A stretch of 64,000 nucleotides of DNA. It comes from Squalus acanthias. Its lineage: Eukaryota. Below, piece after piece: positions 24,141-34,957 of the stretch; position 1 is the stretch's first letter, and each line of letters begins with the position of its first letter. The notes beneath the pieces were generated by a model. It worked only from the letters and a program-made list of their open reading frames with translations. It searched no databases and had not been told where the DNA came from. The translations under genes and the position numbers were made by a program. Location: contig CM059431.1 in the NCBI GenBank assembly GCA_030390025.1, forward strand, positions 142,540,001 to 142,604,000, in the 5' to 3' direction.

Positions 24141-26472
24141 CATAGAAACATAGAAAAATAGGAGCAGGAGTAGCCAATTCGGCCCTCCAAGCCTGCTCCG
24201 CCATTCAATATGATCATGGCTGATCCTCTATCTCAATAGCATATTCCCGCTCTCTCCCCATACCCCTTGATGCCTTTTGTGTCTAGAAATCTATCTCCTT
24301 CTTTCAATATATGCAGTGAATTGGCCTCCACAGCCTTCTGTGGTAGAGAATTCCACAGGTTCACCACCCTCTAAGTGAAGAAATTTCTCCTCATCTCAGT
24401 CTTAAATGTCCTACCCCGAATCCTGAGACTGTGACCCCTCGTTCTAGACACCCCAGTCAGGGGAAACATCCTCCCTGCATCCGGTCTGTCTAGCCCTGTC
24501 AGAATTGTATATGTTTCAATGAGATCCCCTCTCATTCATCTAAACTCTTGTGAATACAGGCCTAGTTGACCCAATCTCTCCTCATACGACAGTCCTGCCA
24601 TCCCAGGAATTGGTATGGTGAACCTTCGCTGCACTCCCTCTATGGCAAGTATATCCTTTCTTGGGTAAGCAGACCAAAACTGCACACTACTCCCGGTGTG
24701 GTCTCACCAAGGCCCTGTATAACTGTAGTAAGACATCCTTGCTCCTGTACGCAAATCCTCTTGCAATGAAGGCCAACATACCATTTGCCTTCCTACCTGC
24801 TTGCTGCAACTGCATGTTTGCTTTCCGTGACTGGTGTACAAGGACACCCAGGTCCCTCTGTACATCAACACTATTTAAATAATACCCTGCCTTTCTGTTT
24901 TTCCTACCGAAATGGATAACTTCACATTTATCCACATTATACTGCATCTGCCATGTATTTGCCCACTCACTCAACTTGTCTAAATCGCATTGAAGCCTCT
25001 TTGCATCCTCCTCACAATTCACAATCCCACTTAGGTTTGTGTCGTCAGCAAACTTGGAAATATTACATTTGGTTCCCTCATCCAAATCATTGATATATAT
25101 TGTGAATAGCTGGGGCCCAATCACTGATCCCTGCGGTACCCACTAGTCATCGCCTGCCACCCGAAAAAGACCCATTTATTCTTACTCTCTGTTTCCTGTC
25201 TGTTAATCAATTTTCAATCTATGCCAGTATATTACCCCCAATCCCATGTGCTTTAATTTTGCACACTAAACTCTTATGTGGGACTTTATCAAAGGCCTTC
25301 TGAAAATCCAAATACACCACATCCACTGGTTCTCCCTTATCTATTCTACCATTTACATCCTCAAAAAACTCCAGTAGGTTTGTCAAACACGATTTCCCTT
25401 TCATAAATCCAGGTTGACTTTGTCTAATCTCGTTGATATTTTCTAAGTGTGCTGTTATCACATCCTTTATAATAGACTCTAGCATTTTCCCTACTACTGA
25501 TGTTCGGCTATCCGGTCTGTAGTTCCCTGTTTTCTCTCTCCCTCCTTTTTTAAATAGTGGAGTTACATTTGCCACCCTCCAATCTGCAGGAACTGTTCCA
25601 TAATCTATAGAATTTTGGAAGATGACAACCAATGCATCCACTATTTCCATGGCTACATCTTTTACAACTCTGGGATGCAGATTATCAGTCCCATGGGATT
25701 CATCGGCTTTCAGTCCCATTAATTTTACCAGCACTTTTTTTACTAATACTAATTTCCTTTAATTCCTCCTTCTCACTAGACCCTTGGTTCCCTAGCATTT
25801 CTGGGAAGTTATTTGTGTCCTCTTCAGTGAAGACAGAACCAAAGTATTTGTTTAATTGCTCTGCCATTTCCTTATTCCCCATTATAATTTCTCCTGTCTC
25901 AGCCTGTAAGGGGCCTACATTTGTCTTCACTAATCTTTTTCTTTTTACATACTTGTAGAAGCTTTTACCGTCTACTTTTATGTTCCTTGCCAGTTTACTC
26001 TCATACACTATTTTTTCCCCTCTTAATCAATCTCTTGGTCCTTTTTTGCTGAACTCTAAACTGCTCCCAATCCTCAGGCTTGCTACTTCTTCTGGCAACT
26101 TTATATGACTCCTCTTTGGATCTAATACTATCCTTAATTTATTTTGTTAGCCATGGTTGGGCCGCTTTTCCTTTTGTGTTTTTGCGCCAGAAAAGAATGT
26201 ACAACTGTTGCAGTTCATGCATTTGTTCCTTAAATGTTAGCCATTGCCTATCCACCGTCATGCCTTTTAACGAAGCTCCCCAATCTATCATAGCCAACTC
26301 AATCCTCATATCTTCATAGTTTCCTTTGTTTAGATTTAGGACCCTAGTTTCGGATTGGACTTTTTCACTTTCCATCTTAATGAAGAATTCTATCATGTGT
26401 TTTTGCACCAGGAAGGAAAGTATAACTGTTGCAATTCATGCATTTGTTCCTTAAATGTTAGCCATTGCCTAT
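24141..26472 (-). mobile_element. CR1 LINE remnant inserted in the 61-bp array
   Basis: RT motifs in ORFs 24687-25124 and 25219-25734; (CATAGAAA) tail at 24141; 61-bp units on both sides. Confidence 0.9.
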
Positions 26473-27150
26473 GGTCCTGGAGATGGACTGGGGAGAAAGG
26501 TCAGAGAGAGTCCCATTGACTCAGATACACACTGGTCCTGGAGATGGACCAGGGAGAAAGGTCAGAGAGAGTCCCATTGACTCAGATACACACTGGTCCT
26601 GGAGATGGACTGGGGAGAAAGGTCAGAGAGAGTCCCATTGACTCAGATACACACTGGTCCTAGAGATGGACTGGGGAGAAAGGTCAGAGAGAGTCCCATT
26701 GACATAGATACACACTGGTCCTGGAGATGGACTGGGGAGAAAGGTCAGAGAGAGTCCCATTGACTCAGATGCACACTTGTCCTGGAGATGGACTGTGGAG
26801 AAAGGTCAGAGAGAGTCCCATTGACTTAGATACACACTGGTCCTGGAGATGGACTGGGGAGAAAGGTCAGAGAGAGTCCCATTGACTCAGATACACACTG
26901 GTCCTGGAAATGGACTGGGGAGAAAGGTCAGAGAGAGTCCCATTGACTTAGATACACACTGGTCCTGGAGATGGACTGGGGAGAAAGGTCAGAGAGAGTC
27001 CCATTGACTCAGATACACACTGGTCCTGGAGATGGACTGGGGAGAAAGGTCAGAGAGAGTCCCATTGACTTAGATACACACTGGTCCTGGAGATGGACCG
27101 GGGAGAAAGGTCAGAGAGAGTCCCATTGACATAGATACACACTGGTCCTG
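26473..27150. repeat. Minisatellite, ~61-bp unit, ~11 copies (plus 24060-24140)
   Basis: Tandem GGTCCTGGAGATGGACTGGGGAGAAAGGTCAGAGAGAGTCCCATTGACTCAGATACACACT. Confidence 0.95.
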
Positions 27151-27319
27151 TAGACAGGCCACAAAGGTTACAGGGTAAGGAAGGAAATGATGAGAATGAG
27201 ACTGGGAGAGACTGACCACTGAGCCCAATTATCCAGCATGAGGCTGTGCAATGAAATGTGAAGTGAGATCAGTTTCTGTCTCTAAACACACAGTCACAGT
27301 GAATCTTGTGTGTGTTTTA

Positions 27320-28475
27320 TTGTAAATGAAGTAACAGAGAGGGTTGATGAAGGGAGTGCTGTAGATGTATATATGGGCTTTCAAAATCAATTTGCTAAAT
27401 GGCCACATAACAGACTTGTTCGGAAAATAGAAGTGGTGGTATTAAAGGGACTGTGGTAAATTGGGTTCCTCATTGTCTGAGTGATAGGAGGCAGAGAGCA
27501 GTGGTGAACGGATGTGTTTCTGACTGGAGAGAAGTATGCATTGGGTCATCCAGGGGTCAGAATTGGGAACTTTGATTTTCTTATATTTTAAATGACCTGG
27601 ACTTCGATACAGGGAGTGGACCTTCGAGGTTTGCTGATGATACCAAGTTTGACTCTTGTAAATGGTGAGCTGGATAGTAGCAGACTTTAGAAAGACAGAC
27701 AGTCTGGTGAAATGGGCAGACACATGGCAGATGCTATTTAATGCGGATCAGTGTGAACTGACTTGACTGTCGTATTTTGAGGGGGTACAATAGCAGAGGG
27801 ATCTGGGGGTGCAGATTCAGAAATCTTTGAAGGGGGTAGGGTAAGTTGATAAGGCTTTTAAGAGAGTGCGTGGGAGATTTATCTTTGTAAATGGGGCATT
27901 GAACACAAAAACAAGGAGGTTAATGCTAACATTACAATTCACTGGTTGGGCTGGAGTATTGTGTACAATTCTAGGCACCGCACTTTAGGAAGGATGCCAA
28001 GGCCATGGAGAGGGTACAGAGGTGGTTTACCAGGATTAAATCAGGGATGACGGACTTCAATTCTGTGGAGAGATCGGAGAAGCTGGGATTGTTGCCTTTA
28101 GAGCAGAGAAGGTTAAGGGAAGAGCTAATAGAGATATTCCAGATTATGAAGATTTTTGATAGAGCAAATAGGAAGAAATATTTCTTCTGGCAAGTGGGGC
28201 ATTAACGAAAGGTCACAGTTTTAAAATAATTTGCAAAAAGAGCTGGAGGGGGAATTAGGAGAATTTGTTTTACACAGAGGTTTAAGATCTGGAATGCACC
28301 ACCTGAAAAACTGATGTAAACAAATTCCATGGGAACTTTCCAAAGGCAATTGGACCTGTACTTGGGAAATGAATTTCCAGGGTTATGGGGAGAAAGCTGG
28401 GGTGTGGGACTAGTTTGGACATATTTTCAAAGAGCCGGCACAGGCACCGTGGGCCGAATGGCCTCCTGTGTTGTA
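27320..28475 (+). mobile_element. Old degenerate CR1 LINE fragment
   Basis: MERVQRWFTR...LEQRRLREELIE remnant and a GGGCCGAATGGCCT tail. Confidence 0.8.
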
Positions 28476-29439
28476 AGATTGGAAGGGGTTTGATCCAAGA
28501 GCCCAGCAGATATTAACTGTCTCCCCGCCCCCAGCACCAACTTGGAAAGAACTGACTTTTATGTTCCCCATAATATCGATATTATACAATATTTTGAGGT
28601 AGTTCCAGACACTCCAATATATTTCATAGCCATCTCTCAATAAATAATCTTACAATTCTGAACTGGACGCTGGGTTAACTTAGTTACTTGCTATCAGTAA
28701 ATCTATTTCTGAATTTCACAATGGCGGTTGTATTAGTATAAATGGATAAAAAGATGCGTAAATCTTATATTTTAATGAATATTAGTAAAATTATTTTGTG
28801 CAGTCAGAATAACGTTTCCTGTTGGTCACATGATCCAGGTTTATAGATACATATAATTCGATAACAGTAACAGATTTAAATGGTTTAAGACAATCTGATT
28901 TTCGGGGGTCACGGGTTCTATCTCCAACAATGTGCCTATTTTATTGATGTATTTCTGTAGATGTGGAGCTGCTTAATGTTCTGTACATCTGGAACTGACG
29001 GTGGTTTCAGTAAACCTGCAGTTTCAGGTCTGATGGTGTAAAAATCCATTATTGGAATCACAGCTTCATGGTTAGAAACACTGGCTAAATGTTCAGGGTA
29101 AATGTTCTGAACTAAACTCCGAACATGTGATGTTGGTTTTGTTATTTCCGTTTTCAGTTATTTTCGCTGAGTGATTTCCTCTGTTGCCAGGGTAACAATC
29201 TGTCAGATCTCAGTACAAGAGGCCTTGGCTCCAATTTATATCCGAAAGACCGTGAAACATTCAGTGTAAACTCCTGTCTGTGTATTCGGCAGTCCAGGAG
29301 TAGGAACCTGTTGTTTCTGAGCAGTAGGTTATGTAGATACATATAATTCGTAAGACTTCCTCTTGCCATGGTTTAATAACACTTCTTTTTAAATATGATA
29401 ACCTCACTCTCAATGTATTTTGAGTCGGGAATATTGTTC

Positions 29440-30185
29440 CACATGTTATTCAGTTCTGGGCGCCGCCCCTCAGGAAAGAGATATTGGCCTTGGAGGGGAT
29501 TCAGCGCCGATTCATCGGAGTGATCCCTGAGCTAAAATGGTTAAATTATGAGGACAGGTTGCAAAGACTCGGCTTGTATTCTCTTGAATATAGAAGGCCA
29601 AGGGGTGATCTAATTGAGGTGTTTTAGATGATTAAAGGATTTGACAGGATAGATAGAGAAAAGCTAATTTTCCTCTGGTGGGGGAGTCCAGAACAATGAG
29701 GAATATCCTTCAAATTAGAGCCAGGCAGTTAGGGGTTGATAGGATCATAGAATCATCGTCACGGTAGAGTAGGAGGCCATTCAGCCCTTCCAGCCCGTGC
29801 TGGCTCTCTGCAAGAGCACTTCAGCTCAATCCCCCGCCCATCCTCCAGAGCCCTGCAATTATTTTCAGGGACTTATCTAGTTCCATTTGGGTGGCAGAAA
29901 GCTTTTGTTAAGACAAAGGGTAGTGGAAATCTGGAAATCACTCCCCCAAAAAGCTGGTGATGCTGGGGGGTCAATTGAAAATGTCATAACTGAGATTAAT
30001 AGACGTTTTTCTCTCTCCAGGGATGCTGCCTGACCTGCTCAGTGTTTCCAGCATTTTCTGTTGTTATTTTGTATTTCCAACATCCACAGTATTTTGCTAT
30101 TGTATTAATAGATGTTTGTTGGGCATTAAGGGTTACGGAACCAAGGCAGGTCTGTGGAGTTAAGACACAGATAAGCCATGGTCTA
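29440..30185. mobile_element. Nested old CR1 3' fragments with a Penelope-end fragment (~30005-30100)
   Basis: CR1 3' motifs on both strands; GATGCTGCCTGACCTGCT...TTTCCAGCATTTTCTG segment. Confidence 0.7.
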
Positions 30186-30194
30186 ATTTTTAAA

Positions 30195-31565
30195 AATTCA
30201 TTTATGGAATGTGGGCTTCGCTGGCAAGGCCAGCATTTATTGCCCATCCCTAATTTCCCTCAAGAAGCCGCCTTCTTGAAACGCTGCAGTCCATGTGGTG
30301 AAGGTACTCCCACAGTGCTGGTAGGGAGGGAGTTCCAGGATTTTGACCCAGCGACTATGAACGATCGGCGATATACTTCTCAGTCAGGATGGTGTGTGAC
30401 TTGGAGGGAAACTTGGAGGTGGTGGAGTTCCCAAGCGCCTGCTGCCCTTGTCCTTCTAGGTGGAAGAGATAGTGGGTTTGGGAGGTGCTACCAAAGAAGC
30501 CTTGGCGAGTTGCTGCAGTGCATCTTGTAGATGGTACACACTGCAACCACGGTACGCTGGTGGTGGAGGGAGTGAATGTTTAAAGTGGTGGATGTGGTGT
30601 CACTTAAGCGGGCTGCTTTGCCCTGGATGGTGTCGAGCTTCTTGAGTGTTGTTGGAGCTGCACTCATCCAGGCAAGTGGAGAGTATTCCATCACACTCCT
30701 TACTTGTGCCTTGTAGATGGTGGAAAGGCTTTCGGGAGTCGGGAGGTGAGACACTCGCTGCAGAATACCTTGCCTCTGACCTGCTCTTGTTGCCACAGTA
30801 TTTATGTGGCTGGTCCAGTTAAGTTTCTGGTCAATGGTGACTCCCAGGATGTTGATAGTGGGGGATTCGGCGATGGTAATGCCATTGAATGTCAATGGGA
30901 GGTGGTTAGACGCTCGCTTGTTGGAGATAGTCATTGCCTGGCACTTCTGTGGCGCGAATGTTACCTGCCACTTATCAGCCCAAGCCTGAACGTCATCCAG
31001 GTCTTGTTGCAGTGGGCAGGGACTGCTTCATTATCTGAGGAGTTGTGAATGGCGCTGAACACTCTGCAGTCATCAGCGAACATCCCCATTTCTGACCTTG
31101 TGTTGGAGGTAAGTTCATTGATGAAGCAGCTGAAGATGGTTGGGCCTCGGACACTGCCCTGAGCAACTCCTGCCGTGATGTCCTGGGGCTGTGATGATTG
31201 ACCTTCAACCACCACAACCATCTTCCTTTGTGCTCGGTATGACTCCAGCCAGTGGAGCGTTTTCCCCCGATTCCCATTGTCTTCAGTTTTACTAGTGCTC
31301 CTTGATGCCACACTCGGTCAAATGCTGCCTTGATGTCAAGGGCAGTCACTCTCACCTCACCTCTGGAATTCAGCTCCTTTGTCCATGTTTGGGCCAAGGC
31401 TGTAATGAGGTCAGGAGCCGAGTGGTCTTGTCGGAACCCAAACTGGGCATCAGTGAGCAGGTTATCAGTGAGTAAGTGCCGCTTGATAGCACTGTCGCTG
31501 ACACCATCCATCACTTTGCTGATTATTGAGAGTAGACTGATGGGGTGATAATTGGCCAGGTTAGA
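30195..31565 (-). mobile_element. Non-LTR LINE (CR1/L2 group) RT remnant
   Basis: NY.PISLLSIISKV, QFGFR, LDIKAAFDRVWH, QGSV.GP, FADD, ILGVTIDQKLNW. Confidence 0.85.
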
Positions 31566-31802
31566 TTTAGTACTGGGGACGGTGAAAGACATTAAACGCC
31601 AGGTGAGTGTTAGCCTCCTGTTTTATTGGTCACACAATACAGAAGTAGAACGACACTGGTCAAAGCAAGCAGGGAATGTGCTTCCAAAATCAACGTCAGA
31701 TACACAGCGAGCATCAGATTCCCAGTGTACTCTGAAATGGTGAGAACCCAAACCAAGTAGAACACAGAATATAGTCTGAAATGGGGATGCGTAATATTAG
31801 AA

Positions 31803-32032
31803 ATAAAAGCTGAAAGTGCTGGAAACACTGAGCAGGTCAGGCAGCGACTGTGGGGAGAGGAAGGTGGGGTTAATGTTTCAGATCCTGAACCTGTTCTCAG
31901 GAAAGGTCATTGACCTGAACCGTTAACCCCACCGTCCCCTCCCCACAGACCCTGCCTGACCCGCTGAGTATTTCCAGCATTTTCAGCTTTTATGACAGAT
32001 TTCCAGCATCTCCAGTATTTTGCTGTTAGTAA
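31803..32032. mobile_element. Fold-back Penelope-derived short insertion (older)
   Basis: Inverted arms ATAAAAGCTGAAAGTGCTGG.../...CCAGCATTTTCAGCTTTTAT, decayed hammerhead helix II, tail, and 11-bp TSD TAATATTAGAA at 31792-31802 and 32033-32043. Confidence 0.82.
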
Positions 32033-32279
32033 TAATATTAGAAGTTGGTTTTGATATTAGAAGAGATGTATGTTTCCTCCCTTGTACAATGTCTGTTATA
32101 TTCAGGGTAGACTGTCAGAGTGCAATAAATTCCTGTCCCCACTCTGCCCCCTGCCTCCCCCTCTCTTTCCTCTACCTCAACCCGCGCCACGATGACCTAA
32201 CCCCTGTGCCCGCTGGACGCCCAACCCCTCGGCCTGTGAGAGTGATCAGGCTTTCCATTGTAAGTGTTTCCTAGACAGT

Positions 32280-33090
32280 GCACCCTGCTGTTGTGTGGAG
32301 ATACTTGAAAGGCATCAACCAGCTGTGTCAGTGGGAGGGATTCTCATGGGTGAGCAGCACCTGTGGGGCAGGTAGAAAGGTAACATTAGCCATTGTCTTC
32401 GGTCCCCGCCACGAGCTGTGTTCCCGAGGTATCGACTCCATCCCTCTCCCTGCCCACTGTCTGAGGCTGAATAAGAGCATTCGTAACCTTGCTGTCGTAT
32501 TTGATCGTACGATGAGCTTCTGACCACATATCCACTCCATAGCCAACACCGTCTACTTCCAGCTCCGTAACAGCGCCGGTCTCTGCCCCTGCCTCAGCTC
32601 ATCTGTTGCAGATACCCTCATCCATTCCTTTGTTACCTCTAGACTTGACTGTTCCAAGGCTCTCCTGGCCGGCCTCCCTTTTCCACCCTCCATAAACTTG
32701 AGCTCATCCAAAAATCTGCTCCGTGTATTCTAACTCGCAACAAGTCCCGTTCACCCATTATCCCTGTGCTCGCTGACCTGTATTGGCTCCATGTCTGGCG
32801 TTGCATTGATTTTATAATTCTTATCCTTGTTTTCAAACCCCTCCATGGCCTTGCCCCTCCCTGTGTCTGTAATCTCTTCCAGTTCTACATCCCTCCGAAA
32901 TCCCTGCGCTCCTCCAATTCTGACCTGTGGCACATCTCTGATTTCCTTCTCTAGACCATTGGTGGCCGTGCCTTTAGCTGCGGAGGCCCTAAGCTCTGGA
33001 ATTCCCTCTTTAAACATCTCTACATCTCTCTGCTCCTTTACGGCGCTCCTTAAAAACTACTTCTTTGACCAAACGTTTGGTCACATAAAA
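32280..33090 (+). mobile_element. L2 LINE 3' remnant (a second tail lies at ~33330-33740)
   Basis: RNLAVVFD..MSF, FVTSRLD, KLELIQ, LADLYWL motifs. Confidence 0.8.
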
Positions 33091-33107
33091 GCTCCTTATG
33101 GCTTGTC

Positions 33108-33265
33108 AGTGGGGTGCGGCGCCGGGTCGGTGGGGTGCGGGGCCGGGTCGGTGGGGTGCGGGGCCGGGTCGGTGGGGTGCGGGGCCGGGTCGGTGCGGGG
33201 CCGGGTCGGTGGGGTGCGGGGCCGGGTCGGTGGGGTGCGGGGCCGGGTCAGGCGGGTGCGGGACT
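33108..33265. repeat. G-rich 21-bp tandem repeat
   Basis: (GGGTCGGTGGGGTGCGGGGCC)n, about 7 copies. Confidence 0.92.
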
Positions 33266-34121
33266 GGGCCAGTGGTGTTGTGGGGCCGGGCCTGTGGAGT
33301 GTCGACGAGCATCAAAGCCCTGCTTACCGATCATGCCTGTCCTTGCGAACCTACAATGACTCCCGGACCCCCAGCACATCCAAATTCAAACTCCCAGCGT
33401 TGTTTAAATCCCTTCCTGTCCATGTAACCTCCTCCAGCCCTACAATCCCCCACCACCAAGATCTCTCTATTCCTGCGACTCCGGCCTCTTGTGACATTTC
33501 ACCCTCTCCTCCCCCCACCTATGGAGGCTGTGCCTTCGGCTGCCCCGGCTCAATGCTCATCAATTCCCCACCTAAACCTCTCCAGCTCCCTCCTCCTTTA
33601 GAACCCTCCGAAACTCACTGCTGTGACCAACATTCTGACCACGCCTCCTTCTACCCCCTTTCGTCTGAGCCCATCTTTTGTCGTACTTTGCTTCTGTGAA
33701 GCACCTTGCGATGTGTTTCGATGGACAAGTTGTTGTTGCTGTGTGTTTATTGTACCAGTGTCAGCGTGAGTGACACAGCAGATAACTGAATCTTACAAGA
33801 TCTCAAACTGGCTTATAAGTTAATGCCGGAGATTAACTTCAACTATAGTTTGGAGAAATTACTGATCCGAGACTGAATCACTTTTACATTTCCCCAGTGG
33901 GGAAAGGAAAGGACGCTGACTGAGAGTTTCATTTGACGCACGTGCGTGGGCCCACACACAGCGAGACACGCGCACAAGTGGAGAATATTCACTGTAAAAC
34001 AGCAGGCAAATCTACCACTTGTATATTCATGGCCATTCCTGAGATTGATAAAACCTGTGAATATGTTCCACAAATCAATGCTATGCATCACCTCACTGTT
34101 TAAAGTGACATGATTCATAAC

Positions 34122-34221
34122 CTCTCACAGCTACCTCACCTGAAGAAGGAGCGAACAGCTCCGAAAGCTTGTAAAATTAAATAAATCTGTTTGACTATAA
34201 CCTGGTGTTGTGCGACTTCTG
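34122..34221 (+). mobile_element. 100-bp insertion with a minimal hammerhead motif (second Penelope-like family end)
   Basis: CUGAAGA-A-GGAGC-GAACA-GCUCC-GAAAGCUU at 34140-34170; 12-bp TSD ATGATTCATAAC at 34110-34121 and 34222-34233. Confidence 0.78.
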
Positions 34222-34957
34222 ATGATTCATAACATTATACATTGGTGTTAATATTAGTGGAACAGCGGTAAATGTCCTCACCTACAGTGCTCATTAGTCA
34301 GGTGCTGACAACATGAGAGATATGGTCAATATATTCAAATAGAAGCACCAACCAGGACACATCTCCATGTACACACAGACAATGTCACTGCCCATAGAGA
34401 CCAGAGGGATCACACCCAGCTATATATTGTGTATGTGGATAGATATCATATTCATAAAGTACCGGAATTTATATCAAAACTCAATCAAAAACATTCAACA
34501 CAAATCTACGAATAAAAATATTCCAATACACCAGACTGTGTAAAACCGAGTAGTGGATTATTCAATTCATCAACAATCACCCGCTCCATATTTCTCTGCA
34601 GAATATTCTCTACCTCAGGAATAAGTCTGGTTTTGGCCTGCACTGTGTGAGTAAATCTCACCAATGGGCGCTCCCAGTGCGGAGTCTCGGCCGACGGAAG
34701 CCCGTCTGGAACTCGGTTGTGGGGATCAGCGGGACTCACTGGATTTCATTGGGCAGCTCTCTGTGTCACACCTGATGTGGAGAGTTGATCGTAACACTCG
34801 GGAAATGCTCGATCCCAGAGCTAACAGCTGGTGTACTGATGGGGGAGGAGGGACTTGATATCATGTTTAACAAGGCAGCGCTCTCCTCATTTTAATATTT
34901 CCGTCTAACCCTCCTATTAATGTTATATTTATTACAGAGCATCAGAACCTGGGAACC

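Noticed and set aside
29158..29192. Possible 5'UTR micro-exon of the NLR gene (TTTTCAG|...CAGG|GTAAC)
   Set aside because: Splice signals are plausible but there is no independent support
32827..33699. 290-aa ORF
   Set aside because: Runs through L2 remnants and a G-rich tandem repeat; low complexity, no domain
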